Below are positions 1-12,314 of a stretch of DNA of 64,000 nucleotides, in pieces; the stretch's first letter is position 1, and each line of letters begins with the position of its first letter. Under the pieces are notes generated by a model. It was not told the origin of the DNA. It ran no database searches and saw only the letters and a program-made list of their open reading frames with translations. This DNA is from Paraspadella gotoi (taxonomy: Eukaryota; Animalia; Chaetognatha), in the NCBI GenBank assembly GCA_051294375.1, contig CM119264.1:19909590-19973589 (forward strand), in the 5' to 3' direction. The translations under genes were made by a program, and so were the position numbers.

Positions 1-69
1 GTTCTATACACAATACACAAGCACCAATTCTATTTTTAAATTTATCTTTTAAAAATTGGATATTCATAG

Positions 70-288
70 GATCCAATGAATTACTTGGTATGAAATTAAC
101 AAAACAACTTAAAGAGCCAGAAGATAATATGTCAAGTGGAATTCTTCTTAAACCTTGGGAAAATGAAAAAGATACGGAATCAGATGAAAAAGAATTACAA
201 GCAACAAATGAGAATGAAAAAATGAAATTCCCGGAAAAAGAAAATAAAAAACTTCATGTAGCAGAACAAGAAAAATTATCATCAAAAG
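70..288 (+). CDS. Class B repeat exon of a large K/E/P-rich multi-exon gene (GSNELLGMKLTKQLKEPE...EKLSSK)
   Basis: catag|GA acceptor, AAAG|gttaaa donor; 219 nt, phase 1-1, open; similar to later class B exons. Confidence 0.8.
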
Positions 289-399
289 GTTAAATTACTA
301 ATTTAAAATTAAGTTTTGACTTTTACAAAAAATCAAAACATTTCAGAATGTTTTAGATAAAGATTACAGTTGGGAGTACAGGTACAATATTTTAATTCA

Positions 400-442
400 T
401 GACCAATATTTTGATCCATTGGAGTGATCATCTTCAGGGCTA
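400..442 (-). ncRNA. Minimal hammerhead ribozyme motif, family 2 (GAAA mutated to AAAA)
   Basis: Reverse complement reads tagcc-CTGAAGA-t-gatc...gatc-aAAATATT-ggtca; inverted copy of 604-646. Confidence 0.65.
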
Positions 443-603
443 AATAAAAAGGTAAATAGAGCAAAAAAAAGAAGAGAGAGACAGAGTGAGTGACCAAAAT
501 AAGGGATTAATCCCTCCACCCCTCCTTGTTTTTAAAGTCATTGTCCACGTCCTGGGCCACAGTCTCGGCGCCTTATCCACAAAGCCTCTTCAACCTACTC
601 ATT

Positions 604-646
604 TGGCCCTGAAGATGATCTGTCCAATGGATCGAAATTTTGGTCA
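604..646 (+). ncRNA. Minimal type-I hammerhead ribozyme motif, family 2
   Basis: tggcc-CTGAAGA-t-GATC(tgtccaatg)GATC-GAAA-tttt-ggtca: both core boxes, helix II GATC/GATC, helix I tggcc/ggtca. Confidence 0.75.
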
Positions 647-700
647 CGAATGAAAATATTTTACCTGTACTCCCAAGTGTAATCTTAATCTAATTCATTA

Positions 701-1275
701 CTATCTAGGAAAAAAGTATATAACATTTTTAATAACAGATATCTACTCGAAAACTTGTTTGATTTAAAAAAAATCAGAATGTTTTCAAATTTACATTAAA
801 TTTTTTTTCAGTAGCTTCCCTCTTTTTTTTTGTAGGTCAAATCGTTTAGAAGTTAGAGGCAAAAAAATATTGTTACTTCAAATGAAAAGTGTTGAAAAAA
901 ATCATATTTAATTTTCCACCATTTTTGGTATTTAGTTATTTGTTTTTTATTTCGAATAGAGTTAATTATTTTTTTTTAATTTGGTAATGCTGAAGGCCTT
1001 GCACCTTTTCTTGGTTCAAAAATGTACTATTATAGCTCTGAGAAAAGAGGGAAAGATGCGCAACAATAACATCGGGGCTAAAAAAATTGCATTAAAGATG
1101 TAGAAAAATATTTCACTGTCATACCTCAATTTCCTGTATGAGAGCATGCCCAGATGAATGCAGGCAGTAGTCAATGCCGAGGAAGAGCATACCAAATATT
1201 AAGAATGTTTTACCCATGTTTTGTGTACTTTTTATTGAATTAATGAATTATGTTATATACTTTTTTCCTAGATAG
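701..1275. mobile_element. Tc1/mariner-like MITE
   Basis: TIR CTATCTAGGAAAAAAGTATATAAC at both ends, flanked by TA; a truncated second copy starts at about 1701. Confidence 0.8.
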
Positions 1276-2273
1276 TATCTTGGTACATGTGATGACTCTC
1301 AAAGAATTTCATATTTTTACCCTTTTTTTTTCTATCAATTTTTTTCTGAAAAATTATTTATTTTGTGAGAGTATCTTCTTATTGAAAAGAACATATTTCA
1401 ATAGCAATACCCCAATATTCTAAAATTTGAACAATCCTTTTGAATACTTTAAAATTTTTTTTTTTTTTTAAATAAAATAAAATCTCACTTCATCATTCAA
1501 TGTATTTTATTTTAATTTTTTTATGCTAAAAAAGTTCACTGCAATGAAAAAAACTACCTTAATACTGAAAATGTTTTAAAAATTAAGATCTAAAATTAAT
1601 GCAATAACCTAAACTGGTTATAAAGGCGGGTCAAAATTTATACCTTTGTATCATTAAGAATTCTGTAATACACAATTAATTTATCCATTCTATATATATA
1701 CTATCTAGGAAAAAAGTAAATAAAAGACTTATGTATGTATGTTTTATTTGTTTTCTGTACTGAATCAACCTTGTTACATTCGAATAAAAACATTGTTAAA
1801 AATTTATTTATTTAATAAACAATATATAAAACTTGGGTAAGACATTATCAATATTTGGTATGCCCTCCCTGAGCTTTAATATGGATGTTGTGCGTCTTTC
1901 CCTCTTTTCTGATATCTATAATAGCACTTTTTTGAACCAAAAAAATTGCAATGCCTTTAGCTTGCCAATTTAAAATTAAATAACTAACTCTATTTGAAAT
2001 TTAAAAAAATAACTGAATACAAAAAATGATGGAAAACTAAATATAATTTTTTTAATCATCATACCATAATTTTATATTTTTTGATAGCGGCAGGTTTCTG
2101 TGTGCCACCTTGTATCAAGGATAAGACTACCAAGTAGAATTGTATGTTTTGATAAATAAAAAGTTTGATAGGGGTAAATTTATGTTTTGAATGAAATTTA
2201 AATTGTTATTTTAAAATATTTTACTTAGAGAAAACAAAGTGTTTTTAAATTTGTGACAACGATTTATTTTAAT

Positions 2274-2320
2274 AGACGGACACGTTTCGACTCTTTGGGT
2301 TCGATTCTTCATCAGCATTT
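2274..2320 (-). ncRNA. Minimal type-I hammerhead ribozyme, family 1, in PLE 3' end
   Basis: Reverse complement aaatg-CTGATGA-a-gaatc...gagtc-GAAACGTGTC-cgtct, followed by an AATAAA-like tail. Confidence 0.8.
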
Positions 2321-3237
2321 GAAATTCACAAACTTTTCAGTTGTTTTCATTGACTTTCGAGAGAAAGAAAGGAGAGAGAGAGGGAGAGCTTCCAACAAAG
2401 AATTGAGTAAAGGACAGTGGTCAGAGGGAGGGAAGGGAAGGAGAGTAAGTAAATGTGAAATTTGGTGAAAAGAGAGAGAGAGAGAGAGAGAGAGATAAAG
2501 AGAGACAAAAATTATTACATTTAGTAATGTACAACAGTGAAAAAGAAATAAACTAAAAATAAATAACAAAGATTAATAAATAATTGTTTGTGAAAAATTA
2601 GAGATTTGAAATAATGAAAAACTGAAAAATTGAAATTTGAAATGGAAGAATAAGTTATGAGGGATAGATAAGATAAAGGTAAGGGAAAAATAAGGTGAGA
2701 AAGAGCTCAAAATGAGCTGCCTCCCCCCTGGCAGGGCAAATGAAGGGCGTTAACAATGAGCTCGGGTCATTGGCTTGTAATGGGATGAGAGGATATTCTG
2801 GTGGAGTGGGAGAGGTTGGGATCTGGCAAGGATCCTGCTGGAAATATGCCAAGCGCCACTCAAATATCTCTCTGACCTGATAAGCCTGCCGAGAGCCCTC
2901 CTCTCACCTGACGGTGAGGCGGGCGGTTGTCTGTTCTGGCCTGTTTAGAAACAGGAGATACAGACTCCCCTCCCTCCTCCTGCAGCCGTCGCTTTGGGCG
3001 GCGCTCAGTACGAGGAGAGTCGTACCAAGTTGCAGTAGGGTCGGGAGAGGCATTGGACGTCCTTCGCCTGCTAGGAGGCCTCCGCCTGACCCGTTGAGTG
3101 GAGACAGGGGAATCACCGTGCGGTTGAGGTGGCGTTGGGTGCTCCACCACAGTTTTGATTAGCGAATCATAGCTTGGAGGGAGTTCGAATCGTCCTCCAT
3201 CACGGTTCAAAGAAGGCTCGAGCGCTTTGATGTAAAT

Positions 3238-4040
3238 TTTTAACCCACTTAATGAAAGAATTTTTAAAAATAAAAAATTTTTACAAGGAATTCAAATCTG
3301 CAATCAAAATTAAGAAAAGCCTATTTTGAAATTTTTCGATTTTATAAGGGTAATACTATATAAAAATATAGCCTACTGCGAAAATTAAAAAAACATAAAA
3401 TTAATTTTTTTTACAAATTAATGTTCACTAAAGCATATTAAAATTCCTAAATTCAACTTTAATTAAAATTCTAAAAGTGAGGAACGAATATCATTATACT
3501 AATGAACATTTATGTAATAAAAAAATTTAGAATAAATTTTACAATTTACGCAGTAGGCCATATTTATACTAGTACTAAACCAATAAATGTTAAAATTTCA
3601 AAACAGTTTTTTTAATAATTTTTTGGCAGATTTGGATTCGTCATAAAAAGTTGATAAAAAGAAATATAACTCTTTTTGAAAAATTTCTTCATTAAGTGGG
3701 TCAAAAATTAGTAAAAGCTATATTTTAAGCTGAAAATTAACTTTTTATATATTAAATATAGTTTTTTTAATTTTGAACCCACTTAATGAAAGAATTTTTA
3801 AAATGATTTATATTTTCTTTTATCAACTTTTGACGAGGAATTCAAATCTGCAATCAAAATTAAGAAAAGCCTATTTTGAAATTTTTCGATTTTATAAGGG
3901 TAATACTATATAAAAATATAGCCTACTGCGAAAATTAAAAAAACATAAAATTAATTTTTTTTACAAATTAATGTTCACTGATGGTATGTTTTTCATAATT
4001 GACTTTTAGAATTTCCGTATGTAACTTTCACTACGCCTTA
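3238..4040. mobile_element. hAT-like MITE (TAAGGCGTAG family), rearranged, replacing the PLE endonuclease core
   Basis: Ends in ...TTTCACTACGCCTTA and is near-identical to 49073-49683; internal duplication 3240-3430 vs about 3775-3980. Confidence 0.75.
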
Positions 4041-4771
4041 TTGCTCACGTAGAGAGCCGCAGGTCGTCACTGAAGTGGAGATCCCCTGCTTTGTTAGCAC
4101 CCGCACCAATGATTCAGTGATCTCCTGGTGGTAGGGGAGGGACAAGTGACCCAAGTTCTTGAGACGCTTCTGCTTATCTCTCGGTTGTGCTGTGGTGGGC
4201 AAGGTCGGTCCTTCAGCAGCAAGGCCTCGTTCTTCCTCCTGGGGGGCGGAGGTTGAACCTTCGTTAGCAGCTACTTGGACAGCCCCTTGGTGGCCACTGT
4301 CCTCAGCCAGATTCTGCCGGAACCTAGCCTTTTCATAAGCCCACAGAGGGTAACCATTGATCGCCAGGGCTCTTTTGATGTGCTCAAGCTCGGCGGCCTG
4401 AAGCTCGGGGGTCGACGGAATCAGAATCGCCCTTTTGGTAAGGGACCTGACCGTGGCCAGCTTGTGCGACAAGGGAGCATGCGAATCAAAGGGAATATAT
4501 TGGTCAGTGTGGGTCGGTTTGCACTTTGTTTTCTCTAAATATTAAATAACAACGAAAAGAAAAGATTATCTCATGTAATATTTTACTTAACTTAGTTATA
4601 ATTTCTTGTTTAATGATTCTTTTTATTATCTTAAAGTCCATATTGAAGGGTAAAATAGTTTTTAAATTCTTTTCATTGATGAAAAAATGGTTTCAACATT
4701 ATATAGTTTTTTTGTTATCGCGATAACAGCTAAAAAACTTAAAAAAGATAAAAGAATCATAATTTTTACAG

Positions 4772-5016
4772 CATTGCCTTATCGGTATGATGAAAACAAC
4801 TCTGACATTGAGTTTACTTCTGAATTACCAGAATATAATTTACCAGAGAAAAGGAAAGACAAAATTAAATGTATTTGACAAAAAGAACCAAAAGATAATG
4901 TCAAGAAAATAAAACTGTGATTACCGAAGTTCCTGACTGGAATAAGTTGAATAAGACTCATGAAATTACTGAACAGAATTCAAATAAAATTATGTTGGGC
5001 ACAAGGAAAAAATCAG
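4772..5016 (+). CDS. Class A repeat exon with in-frame stop/frameshift (assembly error or pseudoexon)
   Basis: tttacag|CA acceptor, TCAG|gtaaaa donor; ALPYRYDE...LPEYNLPEK and VPDWNKLNK...RKKSG lie in different frames. Confidence 0.6.
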
Positions 5017-5150
5017 GTAAAATCATTTTTTTTCAATTACTATATAGTATAATAAAAGTAAAAACAATTTTATGTAATGTGTTTAATAAAAGATTTAATG
5101 TTCCTTCTTTTCACTTAACAATACCTATAATAATACAGATTGTCTTATAG

Positions 5151-5368
5151 GTGATGACGAATTTCAGATATGCAATTTTCAAAAAAAATTAATAAGGTAG
5201 ATGAGTTTAGATCTGATTATGATAATCTTAAACCTTGGAATAAAGAAGAGCAATCAGCTGAGAAAAAAGAAAATGATAATATTTCCCTCCAAAAGATGAA
5301 AAAGTTAACTGACGAAAAATGTATTGATTCACGCTTACCAGAAGATATTTCTACTAATCTAATAAAAG
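5151..5368 (+). CDS. Class B repeat exon with 1-bp frameshift near the 5' end
   Basis: ttatag|GT acceptor, AAAG|gtaata donor; 218 nt; LKPW motif shared with exon 70-288. Confidence 0.6.
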
Positions 5369-6432
5369 GTAATATGCCCAGAACAAAAAAGAGGTAACAT
5401 TATACTTTGTAAAATTCAACTAATTTTTATGAGAACTATGAAATGGGTTCTGACTTAAAACTTGCCCTCATAGGAAAAACTACTATTTCCTTCAATAATT
5501 TGTACTTAACAATATCTATAAAAAATTTAGTTTAATAAATCTTTTAATTAGTTCATGTTTAGCTTAAGTCAGCTACTCGTTCATAAAGTATACATTTCCA
5601 TGGATCCTTCCAAAGCTAAGTAGCTGATAATGATAAAGTTTTTACATTAATGGTACTATTGTATAAATAATTAGTTGAGACTGATGTAATTTTGATTATA
5701 AGTGCTGTTGGGCACTAACTCTATTTGAAATTTTAAAAAATAACTAAATACAAAAAATGGTGGAAAACTAAATATAATTTTTTTAATCATCATACCATAA
5801 TTTTTGTCACTATTGTTGCTGTCAGATAGTCGACAGTTCTAGAGGGGATGGGTAGGACATTCTGCTTCTTTAATCTTATCCTACATTTTCATTAATCAGG
5901 GAGATTGCAGTAAAAAAAACTGCGCAGCCAAAAGTCAAGAGTCACCATTCTTCATCTTAATTTTTTGCAAAATTTGCCTAAATTTTTACATAATATCTAA
6001 TATATCTATAACATAATTTTGAGCCAAAATTGCTATATATAAACTGTGATTACCTTCAAACTGATTTTTTTCACCTTCTCCTCGCTTTTATTATTACTAT
6101 TTTCGTCTTCTACAGTACCAATATTTAACTCAATTTCAACTCATATCTAATCATATTAAGAGTAGGTATTATTTAGTCGATCTTTAGAGTTACATTGTAA
6201 TTTTGACTTAGTAGGCGAAATATCCTTGAGGATAACCTATTGTCATTAGTTTTATTTAAAACATTCATCCTTTGAATTAATTCAATAATAAGCATAAAAC
6301 AAGTAATCTTACAATTTTTCATTAAAAAGTATTCAGAAAAATCTAAAACTCAAGGAATCTTTAGAGAAAGTAATCTTTCCCCCTATTTTTACTAAACATC
6401 TGAATAAACATTTTGAAAAAAAAAATTTTCAG

Positions 6433-6677
6433 CTTTGCCAAGTGAGGTTAATGATAGTAAATCAACTTCCGAAGTTATATCCTCATTACCAAATTATGAT
6501 CTTCCAGTCAAAGGGGAAAAGACAAAGTTGGAAAAATTCGAAAAAAAAACTAAAGAAGCTCAAAGAAAATCCCAACAACGATTACTCCAGTATCTGAAAG
6601 GGAAAATGTTGAAAAACCAAATGAAAAGACTGAAATCCCTTCCATGAGTGTAAAAACTGGTACACTCAAGGAATCAG
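6433..6677 (+). CDS. Class A repeat exon with 1-bp frameshift
   Basis: tttcag|CT acceptor, TCAG|gtaaag donor; 245 nt (246 expected); ALPSEVNDSKSTSEVISSLPNYDLP...ITPVSERE...KESG. Confidence 0.65.
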
Positions 6678-6714
6678 GTAAAGGTAAAAAGGTATAATGA
6701 TAAATGTCTTTAAG

Positions 6715-6930
6715 GTATTTTTTTTTCAAATATTGATATAAAATTAACAAAAACACTAAAAGAGCCAGAAGGTAATATGTCGAATGAAGTTCATCTGAAA
6801 CCTTGGGAAAAAAATTCAGCTGAAAACGAATCAAAAATACCGAATGAGAGTGAAGAAATAAAAAAAATTCCGGGAAAAGATAAAAAAAATAAACTCCAAA
6901 AATCGGAACTTGAAAACTTTATCTCCAAAG
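6715..6930 (+). CDS. Class B repeat exon, 5' boundary uncertain
   Basis: KLTKTLKEPEGNMSNEVHLKPWE...ISK G|gttaaa, homologous to exon 70-288. Confidence 0.5.
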
Positions 6931-7204
6931 GTTAAATTGCAATGTTAAAATTTAATTATTATTATTTATTTTTTTCGATTGTTAAATAATTTTTTTAAGA
7001 AAATATTTATGGTTATCCCTCTCAGAACTTGTTTTTACATTCAAACGAATATCATTAGGCCAATTTTTTTTCCCCAGCTATTTAATATTTTTAGATCTTT
7101 TGCATATTAACTAAAAGAGTTAACTAAATAATGTCAAATTCAACAATCTTCATCCTAATTTGATAATTTGTTTTCAATATATTGTTTGTTTTTGATAATG
7201 ACAG

Positions 7205-7345
7205 GTTTTGATAAATTACCGGGCATGAAACTAACCCAAAGACAAGTGAAGCTAGATGTTAAAAGTTAAAATTTATGATAATGAAATTGAAAAAGAGGCA
7301 TTTCGAAAAGAATTGATAATCTCAAATGAGAAAGAAAATTTCGAA
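7205..7345 (+). pseudogene. Degenerate, 3'-truncated class B exon
   Basis: gacag|GT TTT GAT AAA TTA CCG GGC ATG..., TAA after about 20 codons, homology stops near 7345. Confidence 0.55.
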
Positions 7346-8193
7346 GTACAAGATATAGAGTGTCTCAAGCGTACCTTCACTTTACTGATTCACTTACTGT
7401 ATTCATTTGTACAGTTGTAAAAAATGCAGAAGATCTTACAGTTTTATATAATTTCTTTATTAGTCATATTTCTTTATCTGTGAGTTAAACTTGAAGCTTT
7501 ATATTAATAATACCATACGCGTTTGGTTTTACCAAACCTCCTTTACTTTTACCATAACCCTTACTTATCTACAAACAAGTTTGAGCAAACAATGTCGGAT
7601 CTGCCTACGATAATTAATTAATTTTTTATTTAATCGATTAATCAATTAATTAATTTTAAAATGTAATAATTAATTTTAAATTTATATTCAACTTATCATC
7701 ATCGATGTCCTTAAAATTGGGTTAGGACAGTTATTAAATATGTTTTGTTTACATTTTATCAAAACAAACAAATATCCTCTATTTTATTTATGTCTCCTTC
7801 TCTCTCTCTCTCTCACTCTCTCTCTCTCTCTCTCTTTTTATGCAATTGCGACGATCTTTATGCTTTTAAAATTTTTTAACTTTCATCATTTTTTCACATT
7901 AATTAATTAATTAATTAATTAAAACATTTATTAGTAATCATTAATATTAAAGATTCAAGTAAATGTGACTTATGTTTTTTCCAACTAAACTCATTTCCAC
8001 TGGCACACTTCCGTCAAAACTTTATATAATTATTATATATTATTAAATATTTAAAAGCTTCAGCGCAACAACCCAATGAACTAATTCAAAAAGTTACATT
8101 GAAAATCTATTTAGTAGTAAAAGGAAAAAAAAAATTTTAAAGAGAACTAGAAGTTATAAAAAGTGTTCAATTTTGGCCCGCCTTACTAGATAT

Positions 8194-8695
8194 TAGGCCG
8201 GAACAGGTTGAAAACTAGAAGTTCCCTAAAATAAATAATGGTTAAGCGACTATTAAATAATATGAAAATGAAAAATAATTTTTAAAATTTTGCTTATCAA
8301 TTTTTTATAGATTCTGATCGAGCTTTAAAAGTTAGATAAAGGTTATTTATACAACTTTTTAAAAATGTTTTGTTTTAGTAATGAAAAATTAAAAAAAATA
8401 AAATTCCGCCAATAATGATGATGATGATTTTTTTAAGGTTTTTTCTATTTTTAACCAATTTATTGTCAAAATTTGAAAAAATTTAAGCTCTACAAGAACC
8501 GTTCTTAAAAAAATCAAATTTAAAAATTTTTTTTGTCATTTGTTATATATTAATAAATATTTAAAAGCTTCAGTGCAACAACCCAATGAACTAATTCAAA
8601 AAGTTACCTTGAAAATCGATTTAGTAGTAGAAGGAAAAGAAATTTTTTTGAGAGAACTAGAAGTTATAAAAAGTGTTCAATTTTGGCCCGCCTTA
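8194..8695 (+). mobile_element. hAT-like MITE, preceded by a partial tandem copy (about 8030-8185)
   Basis: Ends TAGGCCGG...CCCGCCTTA; 8-bp TSD CTAGATAT at 8186-8193 and 8696-8703. Confidence 0.75.
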
Positions 8696-8900
8696 CTAGA
8701 TATATTGCATGTGATTAAACAATGTTATCAGAAAATAATTTTATCAATTTTATGTATTTTGTAAGTATTTTAAGTATTTTTATTCAGTGAGTAAAATAAC
8801 AACTTTTTTATTCGCTAATTTTTATCTCGGACTGTCTGTCTTTTTCTCTCTCTCTCTCTCTCTCTTTGCAATTGCAACGATCCTTATGCTCATTTTTCTG

Positions 8901-8932
<32 letters not shown>

Positions 8933-8966
8933 TTGCAATTGCGACTCTCCTTATGCTCATTTTTCT

Positions 8967-9007
<41 letters not shown>

Positions 9008-9969
9008 AATTGCGACGATCCTTATGCTTTTAGGATTTTTTTAACTTGCATCATTTTTCTGCTTGCATCATTTTTACAACTTGCATAATTTTTTTAAATT
9101 GCATCATTTTTTCACATTAATTAATTAATTAATTAATTAATTAATTAATAAAACATTTATTAGTAATCATAAATTAGTAATCATAAATAATAAAGATTAA
9201 AGTAAATGTGACTTATGTTTTTTTACATTTAAACTCATTTCCACTGGCACAATTCCGTCAAAACTTTATATGTAGCTTCTTCACACACTTTTCTACCCGC
9301 TCACAAATTTTCATCTCAATCTATTATGGGTTAAAATAAGTAAAAATATTCAAGTAAATGTGACTCATATTTTTTTTCATTTAAACTCATTTCCACTTGT
9401 ACGTTTCCACCGAAACTTTATATCAAGCGTCGTTACACATTTTTCTACCCACACAAAAAATTTGAACTCAATCTATCCATCCAATTATGAATAATTAGAG
9501 TACTTATTAGTTGAAATAAGTAAAAATATTTAGTAAATGCGACTTATGTTTTTTCTACTTAAACTCATTTCCACTCACACGATTCCGTCGAAACTTTATA
9601 TCCAGCTTTCCTACCCACAATAAATTTTCATTCCAATCCAACCAGCCAATCACGAGTTATTGGAGCTTTTTGCTAAGGTGGGACGGATGGACGGATTGAT
9701 TGACTGATTAATTAATTATTGATTAATTAATTGACTAATTGATTAATTAACTGATTAATTATTTGATTTATTAATACATCCTGCATATACATTTAATATA
9801 AAAGGAAAAAAGAATCATAATCAATTAGTGAAACAGGTTTTTTTGTTTTTTTCCATTTAAACTCATTTCCACTCAAAAGATTCCATCGAAACTTGGTTTC
9901 CGGTTCAATCACACACTTTTCTACTCACATACAAAATCCAGGTCAATCGATAATTAAGTGGTAATAAGC

Positions 9970-10305
9970 TAACTTGGTCAACTTGCATAATTTAATCAAC
10001 TTGCATAATTTGGTCAACTGACATAATTTGGTTAACTGACATAATTTGGTCTACTGACATAATTTGGTCAACTGACATAATTTGATCAATTAAGATAATT
10101 TGGCAACCGGGATAATTTGGTCAACTGGCATAATTTTATCAACTGGCCTAATTTGGTCAACTGGCATAATTTGGTCAACAGGCATAATTTGGTCAACTTG
10201 CAGAACTTGATCAACTTGCAGAATTTGGTCAACTGGCATAATTTGGTCAACTTTAAGAATTTGGTCAACTGGCATATTTTTGTCAATTGGCATAATTTGG
10301 TCAAC
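9970..10305. repeat. 18-bp minisatellite (TGGCATAATTTGGTCAAC)n inside a HINE
   Basis: Direct tandem repeat; same unit at 55995-56275; AT-richer variant at 9045-9115, 18945-19098 and 20333-20520. Confidence 0.9.
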
Positions 10306-12314
10306 TCAATCAATCAATCAATCAATCAGAGAGAGATAGAGAGAGAGAAAACTTTAAAAAATTCAAATAAATGTGTCTTTGTTTTTCTAATTTGAACTCT
10401 TTTCCACTCCTACGATTCCATCAAAAAATTTATATCCAGCTTATCACATACTTTCCTACCCACACACAAAATTCAATTTCGATTTATCTATCCAATTTTT
10501 TAATAAACATAATAATTAGTAGTATAATTTAAGTAAAAATACTTCAAGTAAATATGACTTTTGTTTTTTCCATTTTAACTCATTTCCACTCGCACGATTC
10601 CATCGAAACTTTATATCGAGCTCAATCACACACTTCCTACCACATACAAAATTTCAAGTCAATTGCCCTATCCACTCATGAGAAATTGGCGTTCAAATAG
10701 TGAAATATATTTTTTTGTTTTTTCCATTTAAACCAATTTCCACTCGCACGATTCCCTCGAAACTTATATCCATCTCAATCACACAGTTTCCTACCCACAC
10801 ACAAAATTTCATACCAATCCATCCATCCAATCACGAGTAATTGGAGTTTTTGCTAAGGTGGACGGACGACGGACGGACGGACGGACGGACGGACGGACAG
10901 ACGGACGGACATCGTTTTTTTTGCATAATTAATCATAATTCGATGTTCTGACATGATATAGAGTGTGCCGACAATATTGAGGGGGCGGACCGACGGACCG
11001 ACAAAGTGAGTTATAGAGTCGGGATCTGCTGATAAGCAGATCCGACTAAAAAGGAAAATTAGTAAAAAGGCAGTAAGAAGCGAAAAGTGGCGAAAATCTG
11101 TGACAAAATGTTATACTCCTTGATTTGTCAGTTAAACTATATAGCCAAAAATTATTAAAAAAGATTATAATTATACACCAAATGATAGCTGAAAAAAAGA
11201 TTTTACTCTCTGATCCAGCTTTTAGCTATTTGATTTTGCTACAATCTGATTTTTTTTTTGATATCTTTTATTTTAGAGTAAAAATAAAATTCTCAATGAG
11301 CATAGGTCAGTTTATTTTTTTCTGATTTTTAAAAAAAAGACTTAATATCTTTTTTATTTCAGTTAATATTTATACTTTTATGAATAAAACAAAGCTCACA
11401 TGAATGTATAAAGTTAGAGGAGACGAATTGGAATGGCAAAAGTATAAAAAGTAAGAAGCTTGGTGAAAATGTAAGTTAAGAATGAGAGATCAAAAAGGAA
11501 AACGAGAAATAGATTGATAGAAAGAAAGATAAAAAAATAAAGAAGGATATTGAGTGAGAAAAAGAAGGAGTTATTGTTGTTATTATGTTTATACTTATTA
11601 TTGTTGTTAGTATATATTTCTACTTTTTAAAATGAAAAAATAAATAGTTAATTTTTTTTATTTAAATTAATTTCTACCAGAATGATTTTGTCCAAACTTA
11701 AGATTAAGCTCAATCAACCTCTTTTCTGGCTACACACAAAATTTCAGATCAATCCATCAATTTACTCAAATGTAATGATAGGTTAAAATTACAGATGGAT
11801 TCACAAATAAATAAATGTATGGAAAGAGGAAAGGATTTAATTTTTTTGGATAATTTTTTATAAATCCGTATTCTAAGATGAACCAAGTAATTTACCAACA
11901 AAATATGAGGGGTGGACAGATAAATGGATAAAATGGTTTATATAATTAGACTATTATAAAAAAAATTATATATTAAATTTTTTTATTATCCTATATTTAG
12001 TCATATCCTAACTACCAAATATTATTTTGCATTGATTTTTTTTATATATATGAAGAAAACCATAATGTTTTATATAACCTATTCAGAGATGACGATTTCA
12101 ATCACCGATTTTTTTTATGGCTGCAAACAAAAAAAATTTGTGAAATCGGAGCATGTCTTCACCTTTTTTAAAGATGTTGAAGTAGTTCGTCTCTTAAAAA
12201 GATGAAAATCAGGATTTCTTTGAATTATTTTTTAACAAAGTTTATAAAACATGGTAGGAAGGTTCATTTAATCAGGCTTAATAAGAATCTGTAAAAAAAA
12301 ATTCAATAACGTTT

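Larger units (their letters stand above)
2235..4530 (-). mobile_element. 5'-truncated Penelope-like retroelement (RT thumb, linker, GIY-YIG C-terminus, 3' pLTR with hammerhead), interrupted by a MITE
   Basis: 4530-4040 translates KPTHTDQYIPFDSHAPLSHKLATVRSLTKRA...ELEHIKRALAINGYP...LSLPYHQEITESLVRVL (PLE RT thumb and linker); about 3236-3160 translates YIKALEPSLNRDGGRFELPPSYDSLI (GIY-YIG end); hammerhead at 2274-2320. Confidence 0.88.
7574..11048 (-). mobile_element. DINE-1/Helentron-like non-autonomous element (HINE) with nested MITE and minisatellites
   Basis: 5' hairpin GTCGGATCTGCTTATCAGCAGATCCCGAC, (GTCC)n tract, 3' subTIR GCAGATCCGAC plus GTTTGCTCAAAC stem-loop, T-rich flanks. Confidence 0.8.

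Noticed and set aside
4861-4920. Alternative genetic code (TGA readthrough)
   Set aside because: The stop is accompanied by a frameshift, and the intact paralogous exons are open in the standard code
9970-10305. CRISPR-like regular repeat
   Set aside because: Head-to-tail repeats with no unique spacers, no cas genes, eukaryotic context
10086-10395. Repetitive ORFs (LTKLCQ / MPVDQI / LVNWHN); also 18911-19186, 20292-20474, 55755-56255
   Set aside because: Translations of an 18-bp minisatellite, open in several frames on both strands and associated with HINEs; not genes
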